From positions 992,001-1,056,000 of the forward strand of contig CAWHAE010000012.1 of the NCBI GenBank assembly GCA_963827235.1: a DNA stretch of 64,000 nt. The letters run 5' to 3'. A program made the position numbers and the translations under genes. Shown here in pieces: positions 30,203 to 38,979 of the stretch; positions within the stretch are counted from its first letter, which is position 1; every line of letters starts with the position of its first letter. The notes beneath the pieces were generated by a model. It did no database searches, was not told the origin of the DNA, and saw only the letters and a program-made list of their open reading frames with translations. Origin of the DNA: an uncultured bacterium (lineage in GTDB: Bacteria; Chloroflexota; UBA5177; JANWHV01).

Positions 30203-32272
30203 ATGGATGGCCTGACAATTCCCGAGGCCGCGGACCTGCTGGGCGTGCGCAAGAAGACGGTACGCAGCCGGATCAAGGACGGCACCTACAAAGCGCTGAA
30301 GGTCGCGACCCCGGACGGCGAGAAGTACGTCGTGGATCCGGCTTCCTTGTCCGCCGACCTCCCGCCCGAGCCGCCGGCTGCGGAAGCCGGGCTGCGAGCG
30401 GACACCGAGACCCGCGCGAGCAGCGACGAGCCTCGCCGGGATGAGCCGTGGATTCGGGAGCTTCTCGCTCCGTTCATCGCCGAGCTGGGCACCGTGCGCG
30501 AGGAACTGGGACGCGAGCGGGAGCGCAGCGAGAGGGCGGAGCGAGAGCACACCGCCCTTGCCACGGGCGCAGCGCCGGTGGCGGAGCAGCAAGACCGAGC
30601 CGAGCGCGCCGAGGCCGAAGCCCGCCGCCTGGCCGAGACGCTCGACGAGCTGCGGCGCCGCCACCAGTCTGCGATGGCCGATATGGACCAACTGCGCGGC
30701 CAGGCCGAGCACGCGGAGGAAGAGCGCCGCCGGCTGACTGCAGCGCTCGAGGAGCGCGGGAGTACCGTGTCCACGCCGGACATCGGCGAGTTCGGCGGGC
30801 CGGCGGAGAGCGTGGCAGGCGATCTGGAGCGCCTTGCCGAGCAGCTCGAGGAGCAGAGGCAGGCCCGAGAGTCGGCGCTCTCCGACATAGAGGATCTGCG
30901 GGACCGCGCCGAGAGTGCCGAAGCGGCGCAGCAGCGCGCCGCCGGGCTACTCGAGGAGCAGAGCCGTCTGTATGAAGCCGCCGTCTCGGAGCTGGAGGAT
31001 CTGCGCGGCCGCTCCGACCGGGCCGACGCCGAGCATCAGCGGCTGAGCGAGCTGCTGGAGGGACAACGACAGGCCGGCGATGCCTCTTTGGCCGACATCA
31101 CGAGTCTGCGCGAGCGGGCCGAGCGAGCCGAAGAAGAGTCCCGGCAGCTGGCCGGTGTCGTCGACGATCAGCGACGCAGCTACGAGACGGCGCTGGCGGA
31201 CCTCGACGTGTTGCGCGAAAGGTCCGAGCACGCAGAGGCCGAGTGCCGGCGTCTCAGCGAGCTTGCCGACGAGCGTCAGCGCGCGCATGAGGAATTGAGC
31301 GTCCAGCTCACGGAGCTACACGATCGGGCCGAGGCCGAGTGCCGGCGTCTCGGCGAGCTTGCCGGCGAGCGGCAGCGGTCGTATGAGCAGGCGGGCGCGC
31401 AGCTCACGGAGCAACGCGATCGCGCCGAGCGCGCCGACGCGGAGTGCCGGCGCCTGGCTGAGTTGGTCGAGGAGCGGCAGCGTGCGCATGGCGAAGCAAG
31501 CGCGCAGCTCGCGGAGCACCGCGAGCGGGCTGAACGCGCCGAAGCCGAGTGCCGGCGTTTGAGCGGACTGGGCGAGGAGCGGCAGCGCGCGCATGACGAA
31601 GCAAGCGCGCAGCTTGCGGAGCACCGCGAGCGGGCCGAACGCGCCGAAGGCGAGTGCCGGCGTTTGAGCGGGCTGGGCGAGGAGCGCCAGCGCGCGCAGG
31701 AGGAAGTGAGCGCGCAGCTCGCGGAACAGCGTGAAAGGGTTGGGCGGGTCGAAGCCGAGTGCCGGCGTTTGAGCGGGCTGGGCGAGGAGCGCCAGCGCGC
31801 GCACGACGAGACGAGTGCGCAGCTCGCGGAGCAGCGCGAAAGGGTTGAGCGGGTCGAGGCCGACTGCCAACGGCTGACCGCGCTGGCCGAAGAGCGACGG
31901 CGAGCGCACGAGGAAGTGAGCGCGCAGCTCACGGAGCAACGCGAGCGAGCCGATCGAGCCGAGGCCGAATGCCAGCGGCTGGCCGCGGTGGCCGAGGAGC
32001 GGCAGCGCGGCCAGGACAAGGCAAACGCACAGATCGCCGGGTTACGCGGCCGGGCCGAGCGGGCCGAGGCCGAGAGCGAACGCGCTGCCGAGTTGCTCGA
32101 CGAGCGCCAGCACAGTCACGAGGAAGCCATGGCGGAGCTGCGGGATGAGGCGCGACAGGCAACCGCCGAGGTCCAGCGGCTGGCATCGCTTGCCGAGGAG
32201 CGGCGGGTGCGCCTGGAGCAGCTGGCCGCGGACATCCACCGCGCCCGCCGAGGGTGGTGGCGGCTCAGGTAG
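30203..32272 (+). CDS. HTH DNA-binding protein with very long repeat coiled coil and C-terminal RRGWW motif
   Basis: GGGAGG RBS; N-terminal LTIPEAADLLGV.KKTVRSRIKDG (excisionase/MerR-like HTH); E/R/A-rich coiled coil; ends ARRGWWRLR. Confidence 0.85.
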   Translation: MDGLTIPEAADLLGVRKKTVRSRIKDGTYKALKVATPDGEKYVVDPASLSADLPPEPPAAEAGLRADTETRASSDEPRRDEPWIRELLAPFIAELGTVREELGRERERSERAEREHTALATGAAPVAEQQDRAERAEAEARRLAETLDELRRRHQSAMADMDQLRGQAEHAEEERRRLTAALEERGSTVSTPDIGEFGGPAESVAGDLERLAEQLEEQRQARESALSDIEDLRDRAESAEAAQQRAAGLLEEQSRLYEAAVSELEDLRGRSDRADAEHQRLSELLEGQRQAGDASLADITSLRERAERAEEESRQLAGVVDDQRRSYETALADLDVLRERSEHAEAECRRLSELADERQRAHEELSVQLTELHDRAEAECRRLGELAGERQRSYEQAGAQLTEQRDRAERADAECRRLAELVEERQRAHGEASAQLAEHRERAERAEAECRRLSGLGEERQRAHDEASAQLAEHRERAERAEGECRRLSGLGEERQRAQEEVSAQLAEQRERVGRVEAECRRLSGLGEERQRAHDETSAQLAEQRERVERVEADCQRLTALAEERRRAHEEVSAQLTEQRERADRAEAECQRLAAVAEERQRGQDKANAQIAGLRGRAERAEAESERAAELLDERQHSHEEAMAELRDEARQATAEVQRLASLAEERRVRLEQLAADIHRARRGWWRLR
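30900..32190 (+). repeat. Coding tandem repeat, 105 bp / 35 aa unit, roughly a dozen copies
   Basis: GAGTGCCGGCGTTTGAGCGG recurs at 31547, 31652 and 31757 (105-bp period). Unit AERAEAECRRLSGLGEERQRAHDEASAQLAEHRER. Confidence 0.9.
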
Positions 32273-32513
32273 TCGCGGCAGAGGCGATGACCGCAATGGC
32301 GCCGGCCCGCAGGAGGTCGGCCACCTGATCCGCACCCGGCAGCCCGGTCGTGCGGACCCCGTGATCGACGTTGAGCAGCTCGATGCCGCGCGGCTGGCGG
32401 TCCGGTCCGAAGTCAACCCGGCGGCCGTCGTCGAGGTCCTGGCCGCCGGCACACGGAACGTCGCGCAGGGTAATATACGCGGCGCCGGCTTCCGCGTCGT
32501 GCTTGAGTGTCAT
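32265..32513 (-). CDS. Possible internally initiated DUF2283-like antitoxin (82 aa), in frame with the fusion
   Basis: GGAGG 8 nt upstream of an in-frame ATG (32513) that falls exactly at the usual DUF2283 N-terminus. Confidence 0.5.
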   Translation of the reverse strand: MTLKHDAEAGAAYITLRDVPCAGGQDLDDGRRVDFGPDRQPRGIELLNVDHGVRTTGLPGADQVADLLRAGAIAVIASAATT

Positions 32514-33930
32514 GTTGCCGGCCTCCGCACCCAAATCCCACCCAGTGTCGGCGGCACGTGCCGTTTCCTGTGCCTGGCTGGTAACGGTGATGATCCGAGC
32601 CGGGTTGGATCCTCCGGCGACCACGACCCTGATCCGTCGCCGCCCAATCATACGCACATAGCAGGGGTTACCGTACTGATCCGGGTAGGTGACGCCCCGA
32701 TCCGCGAGGACCTGCATTACCTCGGCCTGGCTCACTCCGCGGAGGGTCATCTGGTCTCGCGCGTGCTGCGTGAATTGCAACTCCAGCGCTATCCGTGGCT
32801 CTCGGCGTCCGGTGAGGCGCAAGCCGAAGGTACCGAGGAGGAGGAGAACCACGACCGTTGCCGCCACGCCAAGCCACGCCAGGGTTGCGGTCTGCCGCGT
32901 GGTGCCGTGCGCCGGAGTAGCCGGCACGGCTGCTGCCGGCTGGCCGTGTGGTTGCAGCACGATTGTCGGAACGGGCGTGCCGCTCTGATTCGTCGTTACG
33001 GCACTGGTCAGAGGCACGACTCCTTTCCAGCCGATGGCGCCGCCGCCAAGCATGGCCATGACGCGCACCGCGACGTCATAGGAACCCGGCTGCAGAGCCA
33101 CGGATACCATGGGCACGACCACCGATGCATCGGCTCCCGGCAGCAGCGTGCCGACGGTGAATGGTGTGCTCGTGCTCTGCCTGCCGTTGCCCACCTGCAG
33201 CGTTCCAGAATCCCTTCCACAGCATATTGCCCGTGCTCTGCACCGCGATGGTCGCTTCGCTTCCGTTGCCCAGCGGGTGCAGCGTCACACCGGTGATCTT
33301 CGCGGCAAAAGCCTGCCTACCGGGCACGGTGACGACGAGTGCCACGAGCTGGCGATAGTGAACGTCGATCCCTATCGACTTGCCCATATGCTGGTGCTGC
33401 ACGCTCTGGTCCTCGAAGGCCACGGCACCCACATACTGGCCGGCTGCCACGCCGACGGGCACGTGGACCGTCGCAGTGACCACGCGCGTCTCGCCAGGCG
33501 CCAACGTGACCTGACCGGGACTGACGTTCATCCAGGTACCCACGAGCTTCGCCGGCGATTGCCGGGATCCGTAGCCTATGCCGCCGGCCGACATCTCCAC
33601 TCCGTCAGTCGCATAGGCGAACAAGGCCAGCGCCGCCGTGCCGAGGTTCTTCACGGTAATAGGCGCGTTGCGTTGCTGCCCGGCCTGCATGGTGACGGTG
33701 AAGTAGCCCAGCCCAATCTCGCTTGCCGGCTGGCCCGATTCGGGCTGGATGGCAAATGATGGCTTGCCCGCGGCAGCGCACGCCGGTGATATGGTGACCA
33801 GCCCGAGCAGAGCGGGACAGAGGGCCGCCAACACAAGCGCGACCGCGGTCGCTTGAGTCCAGACCGCGGTTGGGGGGCGCCACACGCTCCGGCGCTCTCG
33901 AGACCCCGGTGCCATTCGGTCTGCCATCAC
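32265..33930 (-). CDS. DUF916/WxL-interacting-like surface protein + TM + cytoplasmic DUF4258-like toxin + DUF2283-like antitoxin fusion (1-nt frameshift at ~33209)
   Basis: ORFs 33076-33930 and 32265-33194 join on removing one base, restoring LWKGSGTL (paralogue has LWNGTGTL). After the TM come FTQHARDQMTLRGVSQAEV...IRVVV...IITV and MTLKHDAEAGAAYITL...DDGRRVDFGPDRQPRGIELL. Confidence 0.75.
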
Positions 33931-35069
33931 TATGGCCGCGCCCTCGTGGCGGACGGCGAGGCGGGCGGGTAAGCAGGCGACAGGACGTGTACCGAAACGG
34001 GCGTAGCGCTCGGGGAGCGCGGAGCAGGCACGCGCAGATCGCCCTTCCAGTCGGCGCGCGCTCCGCCGGAATTGCCACGCACCGATACCTGCAGATGATA
34101 TGTGCCCGCCCGGAGCGCCTTGAGCGGCACCGGCACGGGTACCTGCGCGCTCGCTCCGGGAAGAATCGTTTCAATGACGAACCGCACCGGCTCATACTTC
34201 GACCCCGGACCCTGTATGCGCAGCGTTCCAGTGCCGTTCCAGAGCACGGTGCCAGTGTTGCGGACCGCGACGATAGCCGTGCCGCCCCACGACGTCACCG
34301 CCACCGTGGCGCCGCCCACGCGCACCGCCGGCCGCTGTCTGCCCGGTACGGTGATCACGACGGCGATCACATGGCGATAGTGCACGTCAAAACTGAAAGT
34401 GGACCCTCGAGCGGCATGCGCCTTCTGGCCGTTCTTCGCGCCGCGCATAGGATCGCCGGTCTGCACGAGCCGATTCTCGAAGGCGAGGCCACCGACATAC
34501 TGGCCGGGCGCCAGGCCCTTTGGCACATGGATGGTGGCGGACACGAGGCGAGCCTTTCCGCGCGCCACGACGAGCGACGCCGGCTTCACGACTATCCAGG
34601 TACCGACCAGAAAGCGCCGTTCGTCTGCTGTCCGGAACCCGACACCGCCCATTGTAATGGGCGCGGCATCGACTGCATAGTCAGCCAATTGTAATGTCGT
34701 CGTTCCCGTGTTGCCGACCACGACGCGGACTTCCCAGGTCTCACCTGGCAGCAGTGTGAGCGTGAAATAGCCACGCCGGATCTGGTCCGCGGGCTGGCCA
34801 TGCTGCAGCCGAACCGCGTAAGCAGACTGCTGGGCGGCGATCAACCCGGTCCCTGCTGCCTGCGAAGTGGTCTCCGCCGCTACAGGGCTCCCACGGGGAA
34901 TCGGCGACAGTACGCTGAAGCCCAGGCCCCATGCTACCACGAGCATCGAAGCACTATGAATGCGCATATCCCAGCTCACCTTGGCATAGTTGCTATGGCT
35001 TCCCGGCATGTGACCGCGGTCGCAGGGCAGGAACGTGCGGCTGCGGTCACGCGCAGCGTGATCGGTCAT
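33930..35069 (-). CDS. DUF916/WxL-interacting-like secreted protein without C-terminal anchor
   Basis: Signal peptide (start may be ATG 34967); GYF.L.L.PG, V.NTG, VGTWI, I.VP....PGQYVGG. Clear paralogue of the downstream gene. Confidence 0.8.
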   Translation of the reverse strand: MTDHAARDRSRTFLPCDRGHMPGSHSNYAKVSWDMRIHSASMLVVAWGLGFSVLSPIPRGSPVAAETTSQAAGTGLIAAQQSAYAVRLQHGQPADQIRRGYFTLTLLPGETWEVRVVVGNTGTTTLQLADYAVDAAPITMGGVGFRTADERRFLVGTWIVVKPASLVVARGKARLVSATIHVPKGLAPGQYVGGLAFENRLVQTGDPMRGAKNGQKAHAARGSTFSFDVHYRHVIAVVITVPGRQRPAVRVGGATVAVTSWGGTAIVAVRNTGTVLWNGTGTLRIQGPGSKYEPVRFVIETILPGASAQVPVPVPLKALRAGTYHLQVSVRGNSGGARADWKGDLRVPAPRSPSATPVSVHVLSPAYPPASPSATRARP

Positions 35070-35129
35070 GCGGACAGACTGCCAAGCCGTCTGTCAAAGC
35101 GGCGGCTCCGGCACGGACAGGTGCCTCGA

Positions 35130-35786
35130 TTACGGCCCGGTGCTGATCGATACCGTGGCCGAGGAGGCGTAGGTCCCGGCGAAAGCGTTGGCAGGAATGG
35201 TCAGAGTCGTCGCCATGGTCGAGAAATCGAACTCGCCCATGCCGCAGCCGCCGCTGGCAGGGGCGCAGGCCACGTCGTGGAAGTCGTCGGCATATGCCAG
35301 CGTCACCGGCGAGCCCGAGCCCATGTCAAGCGGCGTACCCGCGGACACCACGACGATCGTGGCGGGACTGCTGCAGGTGCTTGGGCTACCGCAGAACGCG
35401 CTATCCGCCAGGACTGTCGGCGCCGTCTTCACCACGATGGACGACGTGGGAATCGTGTGGCCGCCCGACGTGGTGGTGAGCTGCGTGAGCTCGAGGGTGA
35501 GTCTCCAGCCGGTGTCCGCACCGCTCGCGTCCGTGACGTTCCCAATCGAGATGCTGTGGTCGACCGTCTGTCGCCCGGCCGAGAGCAACGCCGTGCCGAA
35601 ATCGCTGCCGGTGAAGGTGATGTCCCCTCCCGTCACCGGGTCCCCAGTCAACTGAAAGCCCGGGCCGGTGCCGGTCACGCTGCCGTCGGCTCGTACCGGC
35701 AACGACGGGGCGACTGCCGTGAGGCTTGCCACGAGAGCCACACAGGCCACGACGCACTGTGCCAACCTGAAGTAGCGTCCGTTCAT
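35130..35786 (-). CDS. WxL-domain-like secreted surface protein
   Basis: Signal peptide; VTDASGADTGWRL (WxL) motif; C-terminal LTIPANAFAGTYASSATVSISTGP. Confidence 0.8.
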   Translation of the reverse strand: MNGRYFRLAQCVVACVALVASLTAVAPSLPVRADGSVTGTGPGFQLTGDPVTGGDITFTGSDFGTALLSAGRQTVDHSISIGNVTDASGADTGWRLTLELTQLTTTSGGHTIPTSSIVVKTAPTVLADSAFCGSPSTCSSPATIVVVSAGTPLDMGSGSPVTLAYADDFHDVACAPASGGCGMGEFDFSTMATTLTIPANAFAGTYASSATVSISTGP

Positions 35787-36516
35787 GTCTTGTTTCCCCC
35801 ATGGTCCACGTGAAGTGTGTGGACACGCATTCCCGGCAGCCGCGCTCACGCGTCGAGCGCTTTGCCGGCAGCGCTTCCGGCAGAGCCTGCTTCTCCGGAC
35901 TCCCCCTCCATCTTGAGTACCAAGCAGTGTGAACTACTACCAGTAGTGGCTCATGCCGGCTAGATGTTTCCTTCGATATACAGCAGGGCTCGGGGCCTGC
36001 CTATCACCCAAATGGTTACAGGCACCCATTTGCGATGCGGCGGGCGTCGCACGCTCTGTCCGCGTGTTCTTCGGAATGGGCCGGCTCGCCAACAGCGCAG
36101 CGCATGTCTCGGCCCGCCCGAGCGGAGCCGATGCTCCGTTTGCTATGTCCCATGCGGTTCGAGCAAGGCGCTCCAAACGCTACCGCCAGATGGGAACGAT
36201 GAGGACGCCCACCAGCAGATAGCCCGCCGTGTGCAGGACACATGACCCACCGGCGCCCACCGGCCCGGCGAAGGGACCCGTAGCGCCGGCTCCACCGCCG
36301 GCAGGATCACGCGGCCTGGCCGGCACCCGGCACCCGGCACCCGGAGCACGCTAATAACAGCTATCCTTTGGATGGCGCTGGCCGGGGGGAAGGTACGAAG
36401 AAGAGCCGGTGCTCGTGGCGCGGTGGCCGCCTGGAGGCGGTATGTACGACAGTCTCTGGACGCGCGGTGCCCAAGCGCAGCACAACCGAGGCCACCGCCG
36501 GTGAAAGGATGCCTGG

Positions 36517-37089
36517 ATGGACATCGTGCTGCGTGCCGTCGAATTCGCCGCCAGATATCACGATGGCCAGAAGCGCAAAGGCACACGGGACCCCTACATC
36601 GGCCATCCGTTTTCCGTCGGCATGATCCTCGCGCGGCACGGTTACGACGGCGAGGTTGTCGCGGCCGGGATCTTGCACGATACCCTGGAGGACACGAAGG
36701 CAACCGCCGATGACTTGCGCCGCGAGTTCGGCGATCGCGTGGCCGCGCTCGTCGAAGGAGCGAGCGAGCCCGCCAAGTGGCGACCGTGGCTGCAGCGGAA
36801 GCGCCACACGATCGAGTTCCTGCAAACAGCGCCTCTGGATATGCGCGTCGTGTCGGCGGCCGACAAACTGCACAATCTTCTGACCATGGAGCGCGATCTG
36901 GCAGCGGTCGGCGAGGTGTTCTGGCGGCGATTCCAGCGCGGCAGATCCGAGCAGGAATGGTATTACCGGCAGGTCGCCGCCGCCATCACGCGCAACGGGC
37001 CCGAGGAGTCTCCGCTGTTCGGGGAGATGCTGGCAGCGCTCGAGAAGGTGTTCGGCTGTTTCCTTGAGGTCGAGGATGTGAAAGGCTAG
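36517..37089 (+). CDS. HD-domain protein, small alarmone hydrolase (Mesh1/SpoT hydrolase-like)
   Basis: H.GQKRKG...PYI.HP, AAGILHDTLEDT, ADKLHN. Confidence 0.88.
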   Translation: MDIVLRAVEFAARYHDGQKRKGTRDPYIGHPFSVGMILARHGYDGEVVAAGILHDTLEDTKATADDLRREFGDRVAALVEGASEPAKWRPWLQRKRHTIEFLQTAPLDMRVVSAADKLHNLLTMERDLAAVGEVFWRRFQRGRSEQEWYYRQVAAAITRNGPEESPLFGEMLAALEKVFGCFLEVEDVKG

Positions 37090-37129
37090 TGCAATCGAGT
37101 AAGCGTTATATAGAAAGGTCTGGATTTCC

Positions 37130-38266
37130 ATGCATCCTCGCCGGCCCGCCGCTCTGATGCTCGCCGCGGTCCTCTGCCTCGTGTGCTCGTCCGGCGCGAC
37201 GCGCACCTCCGCCTCTGCCGCGCTGCCGGTGGCCGCCGGACCGGACTGGATGGGTGCCCTGGCCTCCCAGATCGGTCCGCTTCCCCTGAACGAGATCGTG
37301 TTGCCGGGCACGCACGATTCCGCTACCTTTTCGATCCCGGCTGCCGGCCGCACGTCACAGGCACCGGCCGGTGCCGTATCCCCCGACGCGGTCGATCCAA
37401 GCGACCCCCTCACCGCCCTCACCGCACTGTTGCCGCGCGCCGTCACGGAACGGATAAGCGCTCCCTGGTCCCGCGCGCAGGACCTGGATATCGCAGAGCA
37501 GCTCGCCGCGGGCGTCCGCTACCTGGACCTCCGCGTGTGCGCCGGCCCTGCAGCGCATCCCGGACTCTACGCCTGCCACGGGCTGTACGGCGCCCCCCTG
37601 CGCTCGGCGGTGCTCAATCCGGCGGCCTCCTTTCTTGCCGCCCATCCGCGAGAGATCTTGATTCTCGACTTCCACCACTTTGCCGGCTCCGCGGTCCGGG
37701 GCATCATGCCGGCCGCCCTGCACCAGGAGCTCGCCGGCGAGATCCATGCCGCGTTCCGCGGTTTGCTGCTTCCGCCCGGTCCGCTCGGCGCCGCCATCAC
37801 GCTCAACGCCGTCTGGCAGACGCCGGGCCGCGTGATCGTGCTCTACAACGACGGCCCCACCGTGCGCGCCAACCCCGACTTCTGGCCCTACGCGGACACG
37901 ATCATTGCCTGGCCGAGTACCGACAGCCTGCCGGTACTCGAGCAACGCGTGGCCGCCAATCTGCTGTGCCGGTGCGACGCACTGCATGGCGTTCGTGCCG
38001 CCGGCGACGCGTTTTTCGATCTGCAGATGCAGCGGACGCCGAGCCGAGCCGTCTATATCGCCGGCACGTTCGGCACGGGCCGCGTCCGCTCGCTGCGCGA
38101 CCTGGCAGCCTCCAACGCGCCGGTGCTCGCCTATCTCAGCGCACTGATGGGCAGCTCGGCGGGAGCGGCCCGCGCCCACCTCAACGTGCTGACCACGGAC
38201 TTCGTCGAGTCGCCCGCCCTGCTCCCTATCGCGGAGGCGCTCGACACGGCTCGCGCCACCGGCTAG
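37130..38266 (+). CDS. Secreted PI-specific phospholipase C X-domain protein
   Basis: Signal peptide; WM...LPGTHDS, Q...I.EQL.AGVRYLDLR, FL..HP.EILILDF. Confidence 0.85.
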   Translation: MHPRRPAALMLAAVLCLVCSSGATRTSASAALPVAAGPDWMGALASQIGPLPLNEIVLPGTHDSATFSIPAAGRTSQAPAGAVSPDAVDPSDPLTALTALLPRAVTERISAPWSRAQDLDIAEQLAAGVRYLDLRVCAGPAAHPGLYACHGLYGAPLRSAVLNPAASFLAAHPREILILDFHHFAGSAVRGIMPAALHQELAGEIHAAFRGLLLPPGPLGAAITLNAVWQTPGRVIVLYNDGPTVRANPDFWPYADTIIAWPSTDSLPVLEQRVAANLLCRCDALHGVRAAGDAFFDLQMQRTPSRAVYIAGTFGTGRVRSLRDLAASNAPVLAYLSALMGSSAGAARAHLNVLTTDFVESPALLPIAEALDTARATG

Positions 38267-38532
38267 AGAAGCGCGGAGAGCACCGGAGGCAGCACGCCGC
38301 CATCCTGCAGGACACTGGCTGCCGGCAACCGGAGCTCGGGCTGTGGCCGTCCGGCAACGCACCGGGACGCAGGCCCTCTCGGACGTCGTGACGTCAAGCT
38401 TGTTGTCTCGCGACGGTGCCCGCCATGCCAAGCACGTCTGGAGGCGGCCGAGGCCTTGGATCGTGCGATGCAGGTCCGCTCTCAACGGTGGAGGAAGACG
38501 GTGCTATCGAGATCGCTTGCCGCGCGCTGCCG

Positions 38533-38766
38533 TCAGTGCGTCGATACCTGTCTGACGTCGTTCGTAATCGAGCCGTCCGGCAGCAGCCAGTGATTGGCCT
38601 GACCGCGTTCCCGTCTCGGACAGGGAGAGCTGGGCGGAGATGCCAGCCTGGTTCGGAGGCCGCAAAACGTACATTCCAGGAAGCTATCGTCAGGATCGTC
38701 AGTGAACCGGTCGACGTGCCACCAGTGCTCTCGCCCGGCCCTCCAGTTCCGGCCAAATGTCCACAT
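38533..38766 (-). CDS. Possible small Cys/His (Zn-ribbon-like) protein
   Basis: GGAG 7 nt before ATG; 77 aa with HWW, CTFCG, CP, HW; divergent from tetR. Confidence 0.4.
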   Translation of the reverse strand: MWTFGRNWRAGREHWWHVDRFTDDPDDSFLECTFCGLRTRLASPPSSPCPRRERGQANHWLLPDGSITNDVRQVSTH

Positions 38767-38941
38767 AGTCGTTCTCCGTATGGATACTTCTGCCGGTCAG
38801 GCAGACCGCTGTAGCTCCAGCGTGACACACACTAGAGGTAAATGCAAGTTCACTTTCAGTGCTAATAGTACCGGTTTGCGCGCGCACCTGTGCACTCCCC
38901 AAGAGCTACCCTCCACCAGCACACCACCAGGCAGATTCAAG

Positions 38942-38973
38942 AAGTGGAATACGCCCTCCACTTGTGCTACACT
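38942..38973 (+). promoter_or_regulatory. Putative TetR operator plus -10 of a leaderless tetR promoter
   Basis: Inverted repeat AAGTGGA-N8-TCCACTT (38942-38963); TACACT at 38968-38973, 6 nt before ATG 38980; no SD. Confidence 0.6.
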
Positions 38974-38979
38974 CAAGCA

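Noticed and set aside
30203-30350. Excisionase-like HTH as sign of a prophage or ICE
   Set aside because: No integrase, att site, or phage/conjugation genes in the window.
30900-32190. 105-bp periodic repeats as a CRISPR array
   Set aside because: No unique spacers; the whole unit repeats in frame within a coding sequence.
36320-36344. CCGGCAC x3 microrepeat
   Set aside because: Short, GC-rich and intergenic; no evidence of function.
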